From an uncultured Candidatus Saccharibacteria bacterium (GTDB taxonomy: Bacteria; Patescibacteriota; Doudnabacteria; UBA920; VMFF01), in assembly GCA_964364285.1 (NCBI GenBank), contig CAYIKZ010000003.1, positions 2,491 through 66,490 on the forward strand: a stretch of 64,000 nt of DNA. Reading direction: 5' to 3'. Position numbers and translations under genes: made by a program. The notes beneath the pieces are model-generated. The model was not told the DNA's origin. It was given only the letters and a program-made list of their open reading frames with translations, and did not search any database. How positions within the stretch are numbered: position 1 is the first letter of the stretch; each line of letters opens with the position of its first letter. Positions 19,245 through 28,073 of this stretch are shown here, one piece after another.

Positions 19245-20126
19245 ATGGAAACAAGAGAAACAGGGGCGGAAAGAAAAGAAACCCAGTCAGTTCCAAGAAT
19301 AAGGTTGGAGTTTTTTAGACATGATGAAAAGGCTAAAGCTTTAGCTGGTCAATCAGATAACGAAGTTCGTTTAAGTGAAAAAGGAAGAATAAACGCGGTA
19401 GAAATTGGCAAAACCAAAGATCCACACCCAGAAGTCGCTATTGCCCTCGGTTCTCCAAGAGAGCGTTCTACAGAGACTGCAATGCGCGAAATGTTGTCAA
19501 AAGAACCAGGCATTACACAAGAAGACACTCTTGAAGACATTCAAGAATTTGTTGCTGGTTCTTTAAAAGTTGGCAGAAAGAACATGGTAGACAAAAGATT
19601 AGATTTTGATTGGCACGGTGAATTTGGCGAAATTGCAGAAGATCGTTATTTAAACAAAAAGGATTATTTACAATTTGCTGTTGAAGAAAGCGATGAGGTA
19701 GTAAAAAGACTTAAAGACCGAACTTCAACAAGCTATACCAGACAAGCAGCAGGGATTGCTGAGATCATAAAGAAATACGTTGGTGTTCTCCCTAACTTTC
19801 AACAAGTTGTAGAACAGGATCCTGATAAATACACTTTGTATGACAACGAAATGCAAAGATTTTTGGGGACACACGCAGATGTAAGCGAATGCTTCCTTCT
19901 TAAGGTCATTGAAATAACAGAAGGGCGAGAAGCCTTAATGCAATTCCTTCAATCAGGTATTAACAAAAACGGTTTTAACTTTAGTGAAGGGTTTAGCGTT
20001 GAAATACTATCAGATGGAATCCTTGTTAGATACAAAGAACGAGAATGGAGCATAAAGCCGGAGCTACTAGATCAAATTATTAAGCAAAGAGACGAATTGG
20101 ATAAAAGTATTGATGAAAGCGATTAA
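19245..20126 (+). CDS. Histidine-phosphatase superfamily (phosphoglycerate-mutase-like) protein with a variant RHD(E) catalytic motif
   Basis: RIRLEFFRHDEKAK...LSEKGRINAVEIGK parallels the PGM block LVRHGESEWN...LSEKGxxEAxxxGK. SPRERSTETA matches the second Arg motif and THADV the distal His motif. Confidence 0.45.
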   Translation: METRETGAERKETQSVPRIRLEFFRHDEKAKALAGQSDNEVRLSEKGRINAVEIGKTKDPHPEVAIALGSPRERSTETAMREMLSKEPGITQEDTLEDIQEFVAGSLKVGRKNMVDKRLDFDWHGEFGEIAEDRYLNKKDYLQFAVEESDEVVKRLKDRTSTSYTRQAAGIAEIIKKYVGVLPNFQQVVEQDPDKYTLYDNEMQRFLGTHADVSECFLLKVIEITEGREALMQFLQSGINKNGFNFSEGFSVEILSDGILVRYKEREWSIKPELLDQIIKQRDELDKSIDESD

Positions 20127-21177
20127 TATACAAAAGTTCAAGCACGATGATTGGACAAAAATCTGGGATGGCGGCTGGAGCATTTTAAGTTGCTCTGATT
20201 TTGGTTATCAGTACACCAAAGGAATTAGATTTGGCAAAAGACCATTTGCTCCTAAATCTATAATCTTTGTTAATTCAGGGCGAAGCTCTGGCTGGATGAG
20301 GCAATCAGACAGAGACATTCTTGGCTCCTTTTTATCAAAGCAAGCGCTTAGATATCCTAAAAACATAATTCAAGTTTGCAGCGAGCTTAAAAAACAATCC
20401 AAAGATATCCTCTCCTTTATCAGAAAACACGGAGATACCGTTGCTAGCTTAAAACTATACGAAGAGTTTTTACATCGAATCTTAATATATTACAAACCAC
20501 ACATTAATGTTAAATATGTTGTTGACTATCTAGATCCCAAGTTCTTAAAGAAATCTTTACCTGTATTAGAAGAAGCTAGATTAACCGCTGAGCCTGTTTT
20601 TAAAAGAACAGAAGAGTTTCTCACTTCATTCGTAAAGATTTTGTCTAAAGAAACAAAGTACAACTACAAGTTAATCTTGTCTCTAACAAGTGATGAAGTA
20701 AGAGAATACTTTCTTAAGAACAAACTGCCAGCAAAAAAAGAATTAGAGCAAAGATACAAAGAATGTGTTTTTCTTCATGAAAACGGGGAATATATACTAT
20801 TAAGAAACAAGGCGGTTAATTCTGTTAAAAAAATAGTACAACCTAAGATTAATAAATCGGAGGTAAGGGGGTTCGCTGCTTTCAAAGGAAAAGTAAGAGG
20901 AGTTGCTCGTATAGTATTGGATCCTAACAAATCAAAAGCATTTAAAAACGGTGATATTTTAATTACTGGATCAACTAGACCTGAGTTTTTGCCAATCATG
21001 GCAAAAGCAAAAGCTTTTGTAACAGATTCCGGCGGTATATTATCCCACGCAGCTATTACAGCTAGAGAAATGAAAAAACCTTGCGTTATAGGTACACAGA
21101 TAGGAACAAAAGTTTTTAAAGATGGCGATTTGATAGAAGTTGATGCTAATAACGGGATTGTTAGAAAGGTGAAATAA
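20110..21177 (+). CDS. Paralog 4: divergent N-terminal domain (~250 aa) + C-terminal phospho-His swivel domain
   Basis: C-terminal GDILITGSTRPEFLPIMAKAKAFVTDSGGILSHAAITAREMKKPCVIGT...EVDANNGIVRKV. Confidence 0.8.
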   Translation: MMKAINIQKFKHDDWTKIWDGGWSILSCSDFGYQYTKGIRFGKRPFAPKSIIFVNSGRSSGWMRQSDRDILGSFLSKQALRYPKNIIQVCSELKKQSKDILSFIRKHGDTVASLKLYEEFLHRILIYYKPHINVKYVVDYLDPKFLKKSLPVLEEARLTAEPVFKRTEEFLTSFVKILSKETKYNYKLILSLTSDEVREYFLKNKLPAKKELEQRYKECVFLHENGEYILLRNKAVNSVKKIVQPKINKSEVRGFAAFKGKVRGVARIVLDPNKSKAFKNGDILITGSTRPEFLPIMAKAKAFVTDSGGILSHAAITAREMKKPCVIGTQIGTKVFKDGDLIEVDANNGIVRKVK

Positions 21178-21629
21178 TGACAATAACTCTTTGTGGTAGT
21201 ATTGCTTTCATTGATCAAATGTATGAGCTAAAAGAAAAGCTTGAGTCTTTAGGGTTTGATGTTTTAATTCCTCCTGACAAAGTTCCAAACAAAGAAGGGG
21301 AGATAGTTGATGCAAAAGATTACTATGCTTCTAAAAAGAGGGCAATGTCTGAGAATAACCATGCTTGGGTTACAGAGGGTAATCTAGATAACAGAATCAG
21401 GGATCACTTTGATAAGGTGACTAAAGGGGACGCAATCCTTGTTGCTAACTATGATAAAAACGGAATTAAATGGTATGTAGGTCCAAATACATTAGTTGAA
21501 ATGGGAGTTGCTTTTTACTTAAATAAAAAGATCTATCTATTAAACCCAGTTCCAGATGTTCCGTACAAAGAAGAGATTCTAGGAATGAAACCAGAAATAA
21601 TGGAAAATGATTTGAGTAAGATAAAATAA
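21177..21629 (+). CDS. Nucleoside 2-deoxyribosyltransferase-like protein (PF05014-like Rossmann fold)
   Basis: N-terminal ITLCGSIAF resembles the NDT YFAGGWF block. C-terminal GPNTLVEMGVAFYLNKKIYLL resembles the NDT catalytic block G-x-x-x-E-x-G-x-A. Confidence 0.5.
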   Translation: MTITLCGSIAFIDQMYELKEKLESLGFDVLIPPDKVPNKEGEIVDAKDYYASKKRAMSENNHAWVTEGNLDNRIRDHFDKVTKGDAILVANYDKNGIKWYVGPNTLVEMGVAFYLNKKIYLLNPVPDVPYKEEILGMKPEIMENDLSKIK

Positions 21630-21652
21630 AACCGCAGACACCTGCGGTTTTA
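21628..21652. terminator. Bidirectional rho-independent terminator (aaaccgcag-acacc-ctgcggttt + T-run), shared by the + cluster and the convergent minus-strand gene
   Basis: 9-bp stem, A-run upstream and T-run downstream. It lies between convergent stops at 21629 and 21670. Confidence 0.65.
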
Positions 21653-21669
21653 TTATCTTTAACCTTTAG

Positions 21670-22272
21670 TTATTGATTTGTTGTGCTTGTGCTAGGAGTT
21701 TTTGCAGAAGTATTTGTGTTGCATGCGGTTCTTGTTTTCTTTGCTGTATTTTCTGCAGTCTTGTTTGCAGCCTTAAATGTTGTTTCTGCTGCTTTAACAG
21801 CTGCTTTGAAATCTGCTTGAGCTTTTTTCATAGCAGTTTTCTTAGCTGCTTTTTCTACATCAGTTGTTTCAGGCATTTGTCTTACTGCTTGTAGTGCAGT
21901 TTCTCTTGCTGAGAAAGCGGTCTTAACAGTATTCATTCTTGCTTCTCTAGCATCTTTCTTTGCTTCTTCTTTAGTTTCTACTGTTCCTTTTATACAAGCT
22001 GTTTTTGTTTCCTCAATCTTTTTCTTTGCTTCGATTTTCTCTTTTCTTTCCTGTTCTTTCTTTTCCATCTCTGTTTTCTTTGCTTCTAACTTTAACTCTT
22101 GAGCTTTTTTCAAAGCTTCAAATTTTCTCTCTTGTTCGTTTTTTTTAATTTCCATCTGTTCAGCTTTTGAATTTGAAGATGAATCGTCATTCACGTCACT
22201 TGCATAGACTGGTGCTACTGTTAAAGCAAACATCACAGCTATGGAAGATCCTAATATTGCTAACTTACGCAT
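21670..22272 (-). CDS. Secreted Lys/Glu-rich coiled-coil protein (signal peptide, low complexity)
   Basis: N-terminal signal peptide MRKLAILGSSIAVMFALTVAPVYA, then KEAEKK-type repeats. No family recognised. Confidence 0.45.
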   Translation of the reverse strand: MRKLAILGSSIAVMFALTVAPVYASDVNDDSSSNSKAEQMEIKKNEQERKFEALKKAQELKLEAKKTEMEKKEQERKEKIEAKKKIEETKTACIKGTVETKEEAKKDAREARMNTVKTAFSARETALQAVRQMPETTDVEKAAKKTAMKKAQADFKAAVKAAETTFKAANKTAENTAKKTRTACNTNTSAKTPSTSTTNQ

Positions 22273-22344
22273 ATTTTTATGTTTCTTTGTATTAGTTAAT
22301 TAAACTAATATATAGTATACCATATTTTCTGATATACTGCTAAT

Positions 22345-22953
22345 ATGTTTTGGAAAATATCAAAATATTTAATATATTTAATAGCAATAGCAGGTGCTTT
22401 GTATATTGGAGCGCTCGTGTATGTATTAAGTTTTTCGATAAAGCCAAACATTCCAGAACATGCTGATGCTATCTTAATCCTCGGAGCAAAGGTTAATTTA
22501 GATAACAGTCCATCTGATCCATTGTATGAACGAACTAACGAAGCAGTAAAGCTTTATGCGCAAAACAAAGCTGACTACATCATTACAACCGGAGGGGTTG
22601 GTTTAGGTTCAGCTCCAGAAGCAAGCATCTCAGCATTGGTTGCTCAAGAAAAAGGGGTTCCTAAGGACAAGATACTAACAGACAAAAATTCTCACAACAC
22701 TTTTCAAAACGTTGATGAAGGAAAAAAGATTGCTAATGAATACAATATTAAATCAGTGATAGTTATAAGTGACAGATATCATGTTGCCAGAGGAGTCTTG
22801 TTTGCAAGACATCTTGGGTTTAATCCAGTGTATTGGGATTATCCAGACTTTGGATATTACAAAAAAGAACTTCTCATACAAAACTATGCAAGAGAAGCCT
22901 TAGCAATTCTTTTTTACTTACCTAAAATATATTTAACTAAAGCTTTGTATTAA
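22345..22953 (+). CDS. DUF218 (YdcF/SanA/ElyC-like) membrane-anchored protein
   Basis: N-terminal TM helix followed by ADAILILGAKVN ... ADYIITTGGVG, the conserved DUF218 core. Confidence 0.6.
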   Translation: MFWKISKYLIYLIAIAGALYIGALVYVLSFSIKPNIPEHADAILILGAKVNLDNSPSDPLYERTNEAVKLYAQNKADYIITTGGVGLGSAPEASISALVAQEKGVPKDKILTDKNSHNTFQNVDEGKKIANEYNIKSVIVISDRYHVARGVLFARHLGFNPVYWDYPDFGYYKKELLIQNYAREALAILFYLPKIYLTKALY

Positions 22954-23854
22954 CAAAATTTGGATAACCACGAACAAAGTCTGAGACCGACGTTGGATTT
23001 TTTCCTTCAAGCTGTAATTCTAAGAGCTCCAAACTCCCGTTAGCACAACCAACAAATATTTTGTCTTCTTGTTTAAAAACTATTCCAGGTTCAGTGCCTT
23101 TAATCTCAGATGCAAGGCACTTTTTAATCTTTAAAATTTTACCGTCAAAAGAAGTCCAAACTCCCGGCCATTGAATGAATGCTCGGTATTTATTATAAAT
23201 ATCTTTAACATCAGTATTCCAATCAATTTTGCCGTCTTCTTTAGTTATTGTCTGACAAAAACTTGCTTCAGAGTGATTTTGCTCAGTTGGTTTTAATTTG
23301 CCTTCTAAGAAATCATTGATTGTTGGAACAATCATTTCCTTTGCAAGAGAGCAAAGTTTTTGTTCAAGCTCCTTAAAAGTGTCTTCAGGCTGTATCTTAA
23401 CTGATTCCATTTTTAAAATCGGTCCATGATCCATCTTTTCATCCATCAGCATTATTGTTATGCCAGTTTCAGTTTCTCCAGAAAGGATTGCTGATTGAAT
23501 AGGGGAAGCACCACGAAACTTTGGTAATAACGAGCCGTGAATATTAATTGAGGTAGCTAAATCTAAAATCCCTCTGGGGATTATATGTCCGTACGCAACA
23601 ACAATAAAAGCGTCTGCTTTAGGTAGTGCTTTTAATTCATTGAAAGCTGATGGTTCTCTTAAGTTCTCTGGTTTAAATATTGGAACGTTTAGAGATCTTG
23701 CTTCTTTTGAAACAACGCTTTCAGTTATTTCTTGTTTTCTTCCAACTGGTCTATCTGGTTGTGTTACAACCGCAAGAATCTCAAAACTTTCTTTGAGTGT
23801 TTTTAAAATCTCTTTTGAGAACTCTGATGTACCAAAAAAAACTATTTTTTTCAT
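22937..23854 (-). CDS. fmt: Methionyl-tRNA formyltransferase
   Basis: N-terminal formyltransferase domain (IVFFGTSEFS, HGSLLPKFRGASPIQ) plus the C-terminal Fmt domain, located downstream of def. Confidence 0.85.
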   Translation of the reverse strand: MKKIVFFGTSEFSKEILKTLKESFEILAVVTQPDRPVGRKQEITESVVSKEARSLNVPIFKPENLREPSAFNELKALPKADAFIVVAYGHIIPRGILDLATSINIHGSLLPKFRGASPIQSAILSGETETGITIMLMDEKMDHGPILKMESVKIQPEDTFKELEQKLCSLAKEMIVPTINDFLEGKLKPTEQNHSEASFCQTITKEDGKIDWNTDVKDIYNKYRAFIQWPGVWTSFDGKILKIKKCLASEIKGTEPGIVFKQEDKIFVGCANGSLELLELQLEGKNPTSVSDFVRGYPNFVNTKL

Positions 23855-24391
23855 TTAATATCGTTTAACTAATTGTCTAAATATTTCAGCGTAGTATCTA
23901 CAGTTTTCTAAAGAGTCGCGTTCATTTTTTCTTTGCAGTTTAAAATATGAGCCAATGGTTTCAGCTGTTGGGATTTTCTTTAAATTCTGTTTTGAAAGAT
24001 ACATATATGCAAGAGTCCAAAGTTCAAGAACATGATAGTCATACTCGTACTCAATGCCTGCTCTTCTGAAAGATTCTCTTAAGAAATTAACGTTTATAAT
24101 ATTATGACTTGCTAATATTATATTGTAAGAAAACTTTTCTTTGAAAGCGTTTAAAACAACTTTAAGGTTTGGTGATTTAATTAAAACTTCTTTAGGAATA
24201 CCAAGTGCTTGAACAACCCTATCATTAGTCGTTTGTGAGAATGGATTCTTAACATAACTTGAAAAAGAACCTTTCTCAAGCAAGTTATCCTTATCAAGCA
24301 AAACCGCTGATATCTGTAGCGGAAAATCTTTCTCAACATTAATACCAGTTGTTTGCATATCTACTAATAGGATGTCTCTTGCAAACTTCAT
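23855..24391 (-). CDS. DEDD (DnaQ/RNase T-like) exonuclease-fold protein with substituted catalytic residues, probably inactive
   Basis: Motif I-like LLVDMQTTG has D-M-Q instead of D-x-E. Motif II-like HNIINVNFL has N where the conserved D of HNAxFD would sit. It lies between def and fmt. Confidence 0.4.
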   Translation of the reverse strand: MKFARDILLVDMQTTGINVEKDFPLQISAVLLDKDNLLEKGSFSSYVKNPFSQTTNDRVVQALGIPKEVLIKSPNLKVVLNAFKEKFSYNIILASHNIINVNFLRESFRRAGIEYEYDYHVLELWTLAYMYLSKQNLKKIPTAETIGSYFKLQRKNERDSLENCRYYAEIFRQLVKRY

Positions 24392-24870
24392 TATTTTAAA
24401 AGCTCCTTGCCTTGAGTATATTTTTTAATTTTGTCGATTATCAAAACACCGTTAATATGATCGATTTCGTGTTGAATTACTTTAGCAAGCATGCCGTCTA
24501 CTTTCGCACCAAACTTGTTACCATCAATATCTTGAGCTACAAATTCAATTTCTTCTGGTCTAGAAACCATTCCAAAGACACCAGGGATTGAAAGACAACC
24601 TTCTTCCATTTCATTTTTCTTTTTTGAAGCTTTCAAAACTTCTGGATTAAGCAAAACAAAAGGTTTAAACCCCATGCTTTCTAAGTTAATGACAACCACA
24701 GCAAAGCTTTGGTTAACTTGTGGCGCGGCTAAACCAATTCCATCTTCATGTTTAACTGTATCAAGCATATCCCTAATTAACTTGCGGGCAGCAGGGGATA
24801 ACGGAAATTTTAATTTCTTGGTTTTAGTTCTTAGTATTTTGTGAGGATGTAGAATAATGGGTAGATTCAT
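24391..24870 (-). CDS. def: Peptide deformylase
   Basis: Motifs GIGLAAPQV, EGCLSIPG and QHEIDHINGV. Confidence 0.85.
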   Translation of the reverse strand: MNLPIILHPHKILRTKTKKLKFPLSPAARKLIRDMLDTVKHEDGIGLAAPQVNQSFAVVVINLESMGFKPFVLLNPEVLKASKKKNEMEEGCLSIPGVFGMVSRPEEIEFVAQDIDGNKFGAKVDGMLAKVIQHEIDHINGVLIIDKIKKYTQGKELLK

Positions 24871-25136
24871 TTAATTGGATCTGAATGTTCTTTCTTAACT
24901 AAAAAGGCAAAAAGAGCTCCTGGTTTTTTTGCATTGCCTTCCAACACCTCTCCTGCAATTCTTCTTAAAACGCTGTGGTTATATTTTTGAGCCATTCTAA
25001 GGTAGAAACCAAAACGTTTTGGCTCATTAAGCTTTTTAGAAAGCTCATCTGCTAAAACATGGTTTGGAGAGTGAAGGTATTGAGATTTTTTGGGAGCTTC
25101 GGAAAACTTCTTCTTTAACTCCTGATTTATTTCCAT
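24867..25136 (-). CDS. Hypothetical small basic protein, first gene of the def-fmt operon
   Basis: ORF of 89 aa whose stop overlaps the def start by 4 nt. No recognisable motif. Confidence 0.35.
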   Translation of the reverse strand: MEINQELKKKFSEAPKKSQYLHSPNHVLADELSKKLNEPKRFGFYLRMAQKYNHSVLRRIAGEVLEGNAKKPGALFAFLVKKEHSDPIK

Positions 25137-25210
25137 AAATTTTCCTTTTGAATAGTATAGCGTAAATACTGGTTAATTTCCATATAAAATGATAAAATAC
25201 GGCAATAGAC

Positions 25211-26506
25211 ATGAATAAAATAAACGTTCTTGGAATACAAATAAATAACCAGAGCAAGGCAGTAATAATCAAGGAGCTAGAGCAAAGAATTCAATCAGGC
25301 TCTAAGACCTTTATTGTAACCCCGTATTCGGAGTTCATACATCGAACATTTTTAGATTATGATTTCAAACAACTTTTAAATAGCGCGGATTTTGCATTAC
25401 CTGATGGAGTAGCTATTCAATGGCTTTCATACCTTTTAAACATTCCATACTCTTTTAAAAACTTCTATCTTAAAATACTAGAAACATACTGGCAGGTCTT
25501 GTATTCTTGTCTTTCAATAATTTTCAATCCAAACAAACTAAAGAAGATTTTCCCAGAAAGGATTTCAGGAGTAGATTTTTTTTGGGACCTTGTTTCTTTG
25601 GCAGAAGAAAAAAACCTTTCCATCTATCTTCTTGGTAGTTATGGTAACACGCCTGATTTAGTAGCAAACAAAATTAAAGAAAAGTATCCTAGGGTTAAAA
25701 TCGCAGGATTTTCAAACAAGGGTCCTGGAAGCCAAGATATAATTTTTGAGATTAATAACTTAAAAGCTGACATGCTCTTCGTGGCATATGGTCCTGTTAA
25801 GCAAGAGGCTTGGATTAAAACACACCTTTCAGAACTTGATGTTAAGCTAGCTATTGGGCTTGGTGGTACTTTCGACTATATCTCTGGAAAAGTGCTCAGA
25901 GCGCCTCATTTTTTGCGTTCTGTGGGCTTAGAATGGCTATTCCGCCTCATTATGCAACCTAAACGCTTCAAAAGAATCTGGAATGGTACTGTTCGCTTAA
26001 TTATGGGTGCTTTTAGGTACAAGGTATTTATGTCTATGCCATACCGTCAAAATGTCGCCAGTGTTATACTAAACAAAGAAAATATGGTTTTTGTTGCTAA
26101 GCGAGGACGAGAAGCTGAAAAATATGGAAGCGTAATAGAAGACCATTGGCAGTTTCCACAAGGTGGTGTTGATAGTAAAGAAAATTTAGAAAAAGCAGTA
26201 TTACGGGAGGTCAGAGAAGAAACAAACATTACAGATCTTTCAGTTCTTGGTAAGTCTGAAAAAACGCACTCATACCTTTGGAATAGTACAATTAGAAAAC
26301 TTTGGTTTAATAGGTTAAAGTTTAAAGGTCAGGAACAAACCATCTTCTATCTTAAATATCACGGCAATGGTTCTGAGATTCAGCTAGATGATGAAGAGCT
26401 GACAGAATACAAATGGGTCAAACCATCAGAAGTTAAAACCGTTATTCACTCAGTTCGTTCTGGAATGACAGACATAGTCATTGAGGATTTAAATAAATAT
26501 ATATGA
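25211..26506 (+). CDS. Fusion protein: WecB/TagA/CpsF-family glycosyltransferase (N-term) + NUDIX hydrolase (C-term)
   Basis: The N-terminal ~250 aa show TagA-like features (INVLGIQINN ... LAIGLGGTFDYISGKVLRAP). The C-terminus carries the Nudix box GGVDSKENLEKAVLREVREETNI. Confidence 0.6.
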   Translation: MNKINVLGIQINNQSKAVIIKELEQRIQSGSKTFIVTPYSEFIHRTFLDYDFKQLLNSADFALPDGVAIQWLSYLLNIPYSFKNFYLKILETYWQVLYSCLSIIFNPNKLKKIFPERISGVDFFWDLVSLAEEKNLSIYLLGSYGNTPDLVANKIKEKYPRVKIAGFSNKGPGSQDIIFEINNLKADMLFVAYGPVKQEAWIKTHLSELDVKLAIGLGGTFDYISGKVLRAPHFLRSVGLEWLFRLIMQPKRFKRIWNGTVRLIMGAFRYKVFMSMPYRQNVASVILNKENMVFVAKRGREAEKYGSVIEDHWQFPQGGVDSKENLEKAVLREVREETNITDLSVLGKSEKTHSYLWNSTIRKLWFNRLKFKGQEQTIFYLKYHGNGSEIQLDDEELTEYKWVKPSEVKTVIHSVRSGMTDIVIEDLNKYI

Positions 26507-28032
26507 CAGAAAAAAAAGTAAGAACAAGATTTGCACCAAGCCCAACAGGATATTTGCATGTAGGTGGTTTAAGAACCGCGCTTTTTGCATACCTGTTTGC
26601 AAAACACAACAAAGGTGAATTTGTTTTAAGGATAGAAGACACTGATCAAGCTCGTTTCATAGAAGGAGCTATTGAAAAATTAATCAATGTCTTAAATGAT
26701 ATTGGTTTGAAATATGACGAAGGTCTTTTTGTAGAAGATGGAAAAATAGTTAGCAAAGGTGATCATGCTCCATACTTGCAATCTCAAAGAAAAGATTTAT
26801 ACAAAGAACATGCTAAAAAATTAGTTGTTCAAGGACATGCGTATTACTGTTTTTGTGATGAGAAAAGACTAGAAGAACTCCGTAAAGAACAGGAAGCATT
26901 AAAGCAACCAACTAGATATGACAGAAAATGTAGAAACCTATCAAAAGAAGAAGTAGGCGCAAACTTAGAAAAAAATGTTCCATACGTCGTTAGACAAGCA
27001 ATTCCTGTTGATGGACAAACTGTTGTTAAGGATTTAGTTTACAAAGATATTGTTTGGGAAAACAAATCTCTTGATGATCAAGTTTTAATGAAATCAGATG
27101 GTTTCCCAACATATCATCTTGCTGTGGTTGTTGATGACCACTTAATGGAAATTTCACACGTAATTCGTGGTGAAGAATGGATTCCTTCAACTCCAAAGCA
27201 CGCTTTGCTCTACAAAGCATTTGGTTGGGAATCACCAGAGTTTGCTCATTTGCCTTTGCTTTTGAACAAAGATCGCTCAAAGCTCTCAAAGCGACAGGGC
27301 GACGTTGCTGTTGAAGACTATCTTTCAAAAGGATATTTAAAACCAGCTTTGATTAATTTCATAGCATTACTTGGTTGGAATCCAAAAACAGACCAAGAAA
27401 TATTTACAATTGAAGAACTAATTAAACAATTTGATTTAGCAAAAGTGAATAAGTCAGGGTCAATCTTTGATATTGATAAATTGAACTGGTTGAATAACTT
27501 GTACATCAGAAAGATTCCAGTTCCTGAATTAGCAGTTTTGCTTTTACCGTATTTACAAGCAGCAGGACTTTTAACTGTAGATAGCAAAAACCTTGTTTCT
27601 AAAAACGGCAAACAAGTTCCAAAAGAGTTCTTAGAAGCAATCGCAAAAATAGAAAGTGAAAGATTAAATTCGCTGTCTGAGATAGGGGAGAGGGTAGGTT
27701 ACTTTTTTGAACAACCAAAATACTCTCCTGAAATATTGATCTGGAAAAAATCTGATCTAACTCAAACCAAAAACGCGCTGCAAAAAACTCTTGAGTTCAT
27801 ACAAACCCTTCCTGATAATGTATTTAAAGGTTCCGACTTAGAACCAAAGCTAAAAGAATTCATTACTTCTAGTGGTTTTGATAACGGATCAGTTCTTTGG
27901 CCACTTCGCGTTGCTCTTTCAGGGCTAGAAAAGTCACCAAGTCCTTTTGAGATTATCAACGTACTCTTCTTGGGTTACGGTAAGTTTGAAATATTACAAC
28001 GCTTAGAAGCAGCACTTAAAATGCTTGAGTAA
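26503..28032 (+). CDS. gltX: Glutamate--tRNA ligase
   Basis: HIGH-type motif PSPTGYLHVGG and KLSKRQ (KMSKS-like), class I GluRS architecture. Confidence 0.9.
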   Translation: MTEKKVRTRFAPSPTGYLHVGGLRTALFAYLFAKHNKGEFVLRIEDTDQARFIEGAIEKLINVLNDIGLKYDEGLFVEDGKIVSKGDHAPYLQSQRKDLYKEHAKKLVVQGHAYYCFCDEKRLEELRKEQEALKQPTRYDRKCRNLSKEEVGANLEKNVPYVVRQAIPVDGQTVVKDLVYKDIVWENKSLDDQVLMKSDGFPTYHLAVVVDDHLMEISHVIRGEEWIPSTPKHALLYKAFGWESPEFAHLPLLLNKDRSKLSKRQGDVAVEDYLSKGYLKPALINFIALLGWNPKTDQEIFTIEELIKQFDLAKVNKSGSIFDIDKLNWLNNLYIRKIPVPELAVLLLPYLQAAGLLTVDSKNLVSKNGKQVPKEFLEAIAKIESERLNSLSEIGERVGYFFEQPKYSPEILIWKKSDLTQTKNALQKTLEFIQTLPDNVFKGSDLEPKLKEFITSSGFDNGSVLWPLRVALSGLEKSPSPFEIINVLFLGYGKFEILQRLEAALKMLE

Positions 28033-28073
28033 ACAACTCGTAAAAATGCTCTTTTTGTGGTATACTAAGAGAA

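Noticed and set aside
21673-21894. Cys-rich 73-aa ORF antisense to the Lys/Glu-rich coiled-coil gene
   Set aside because: It is a mirror-image artefact. The complement of GAA/AAG-rich codons gives TTC/CTT/TGC runs, and there is no RBS or start context.
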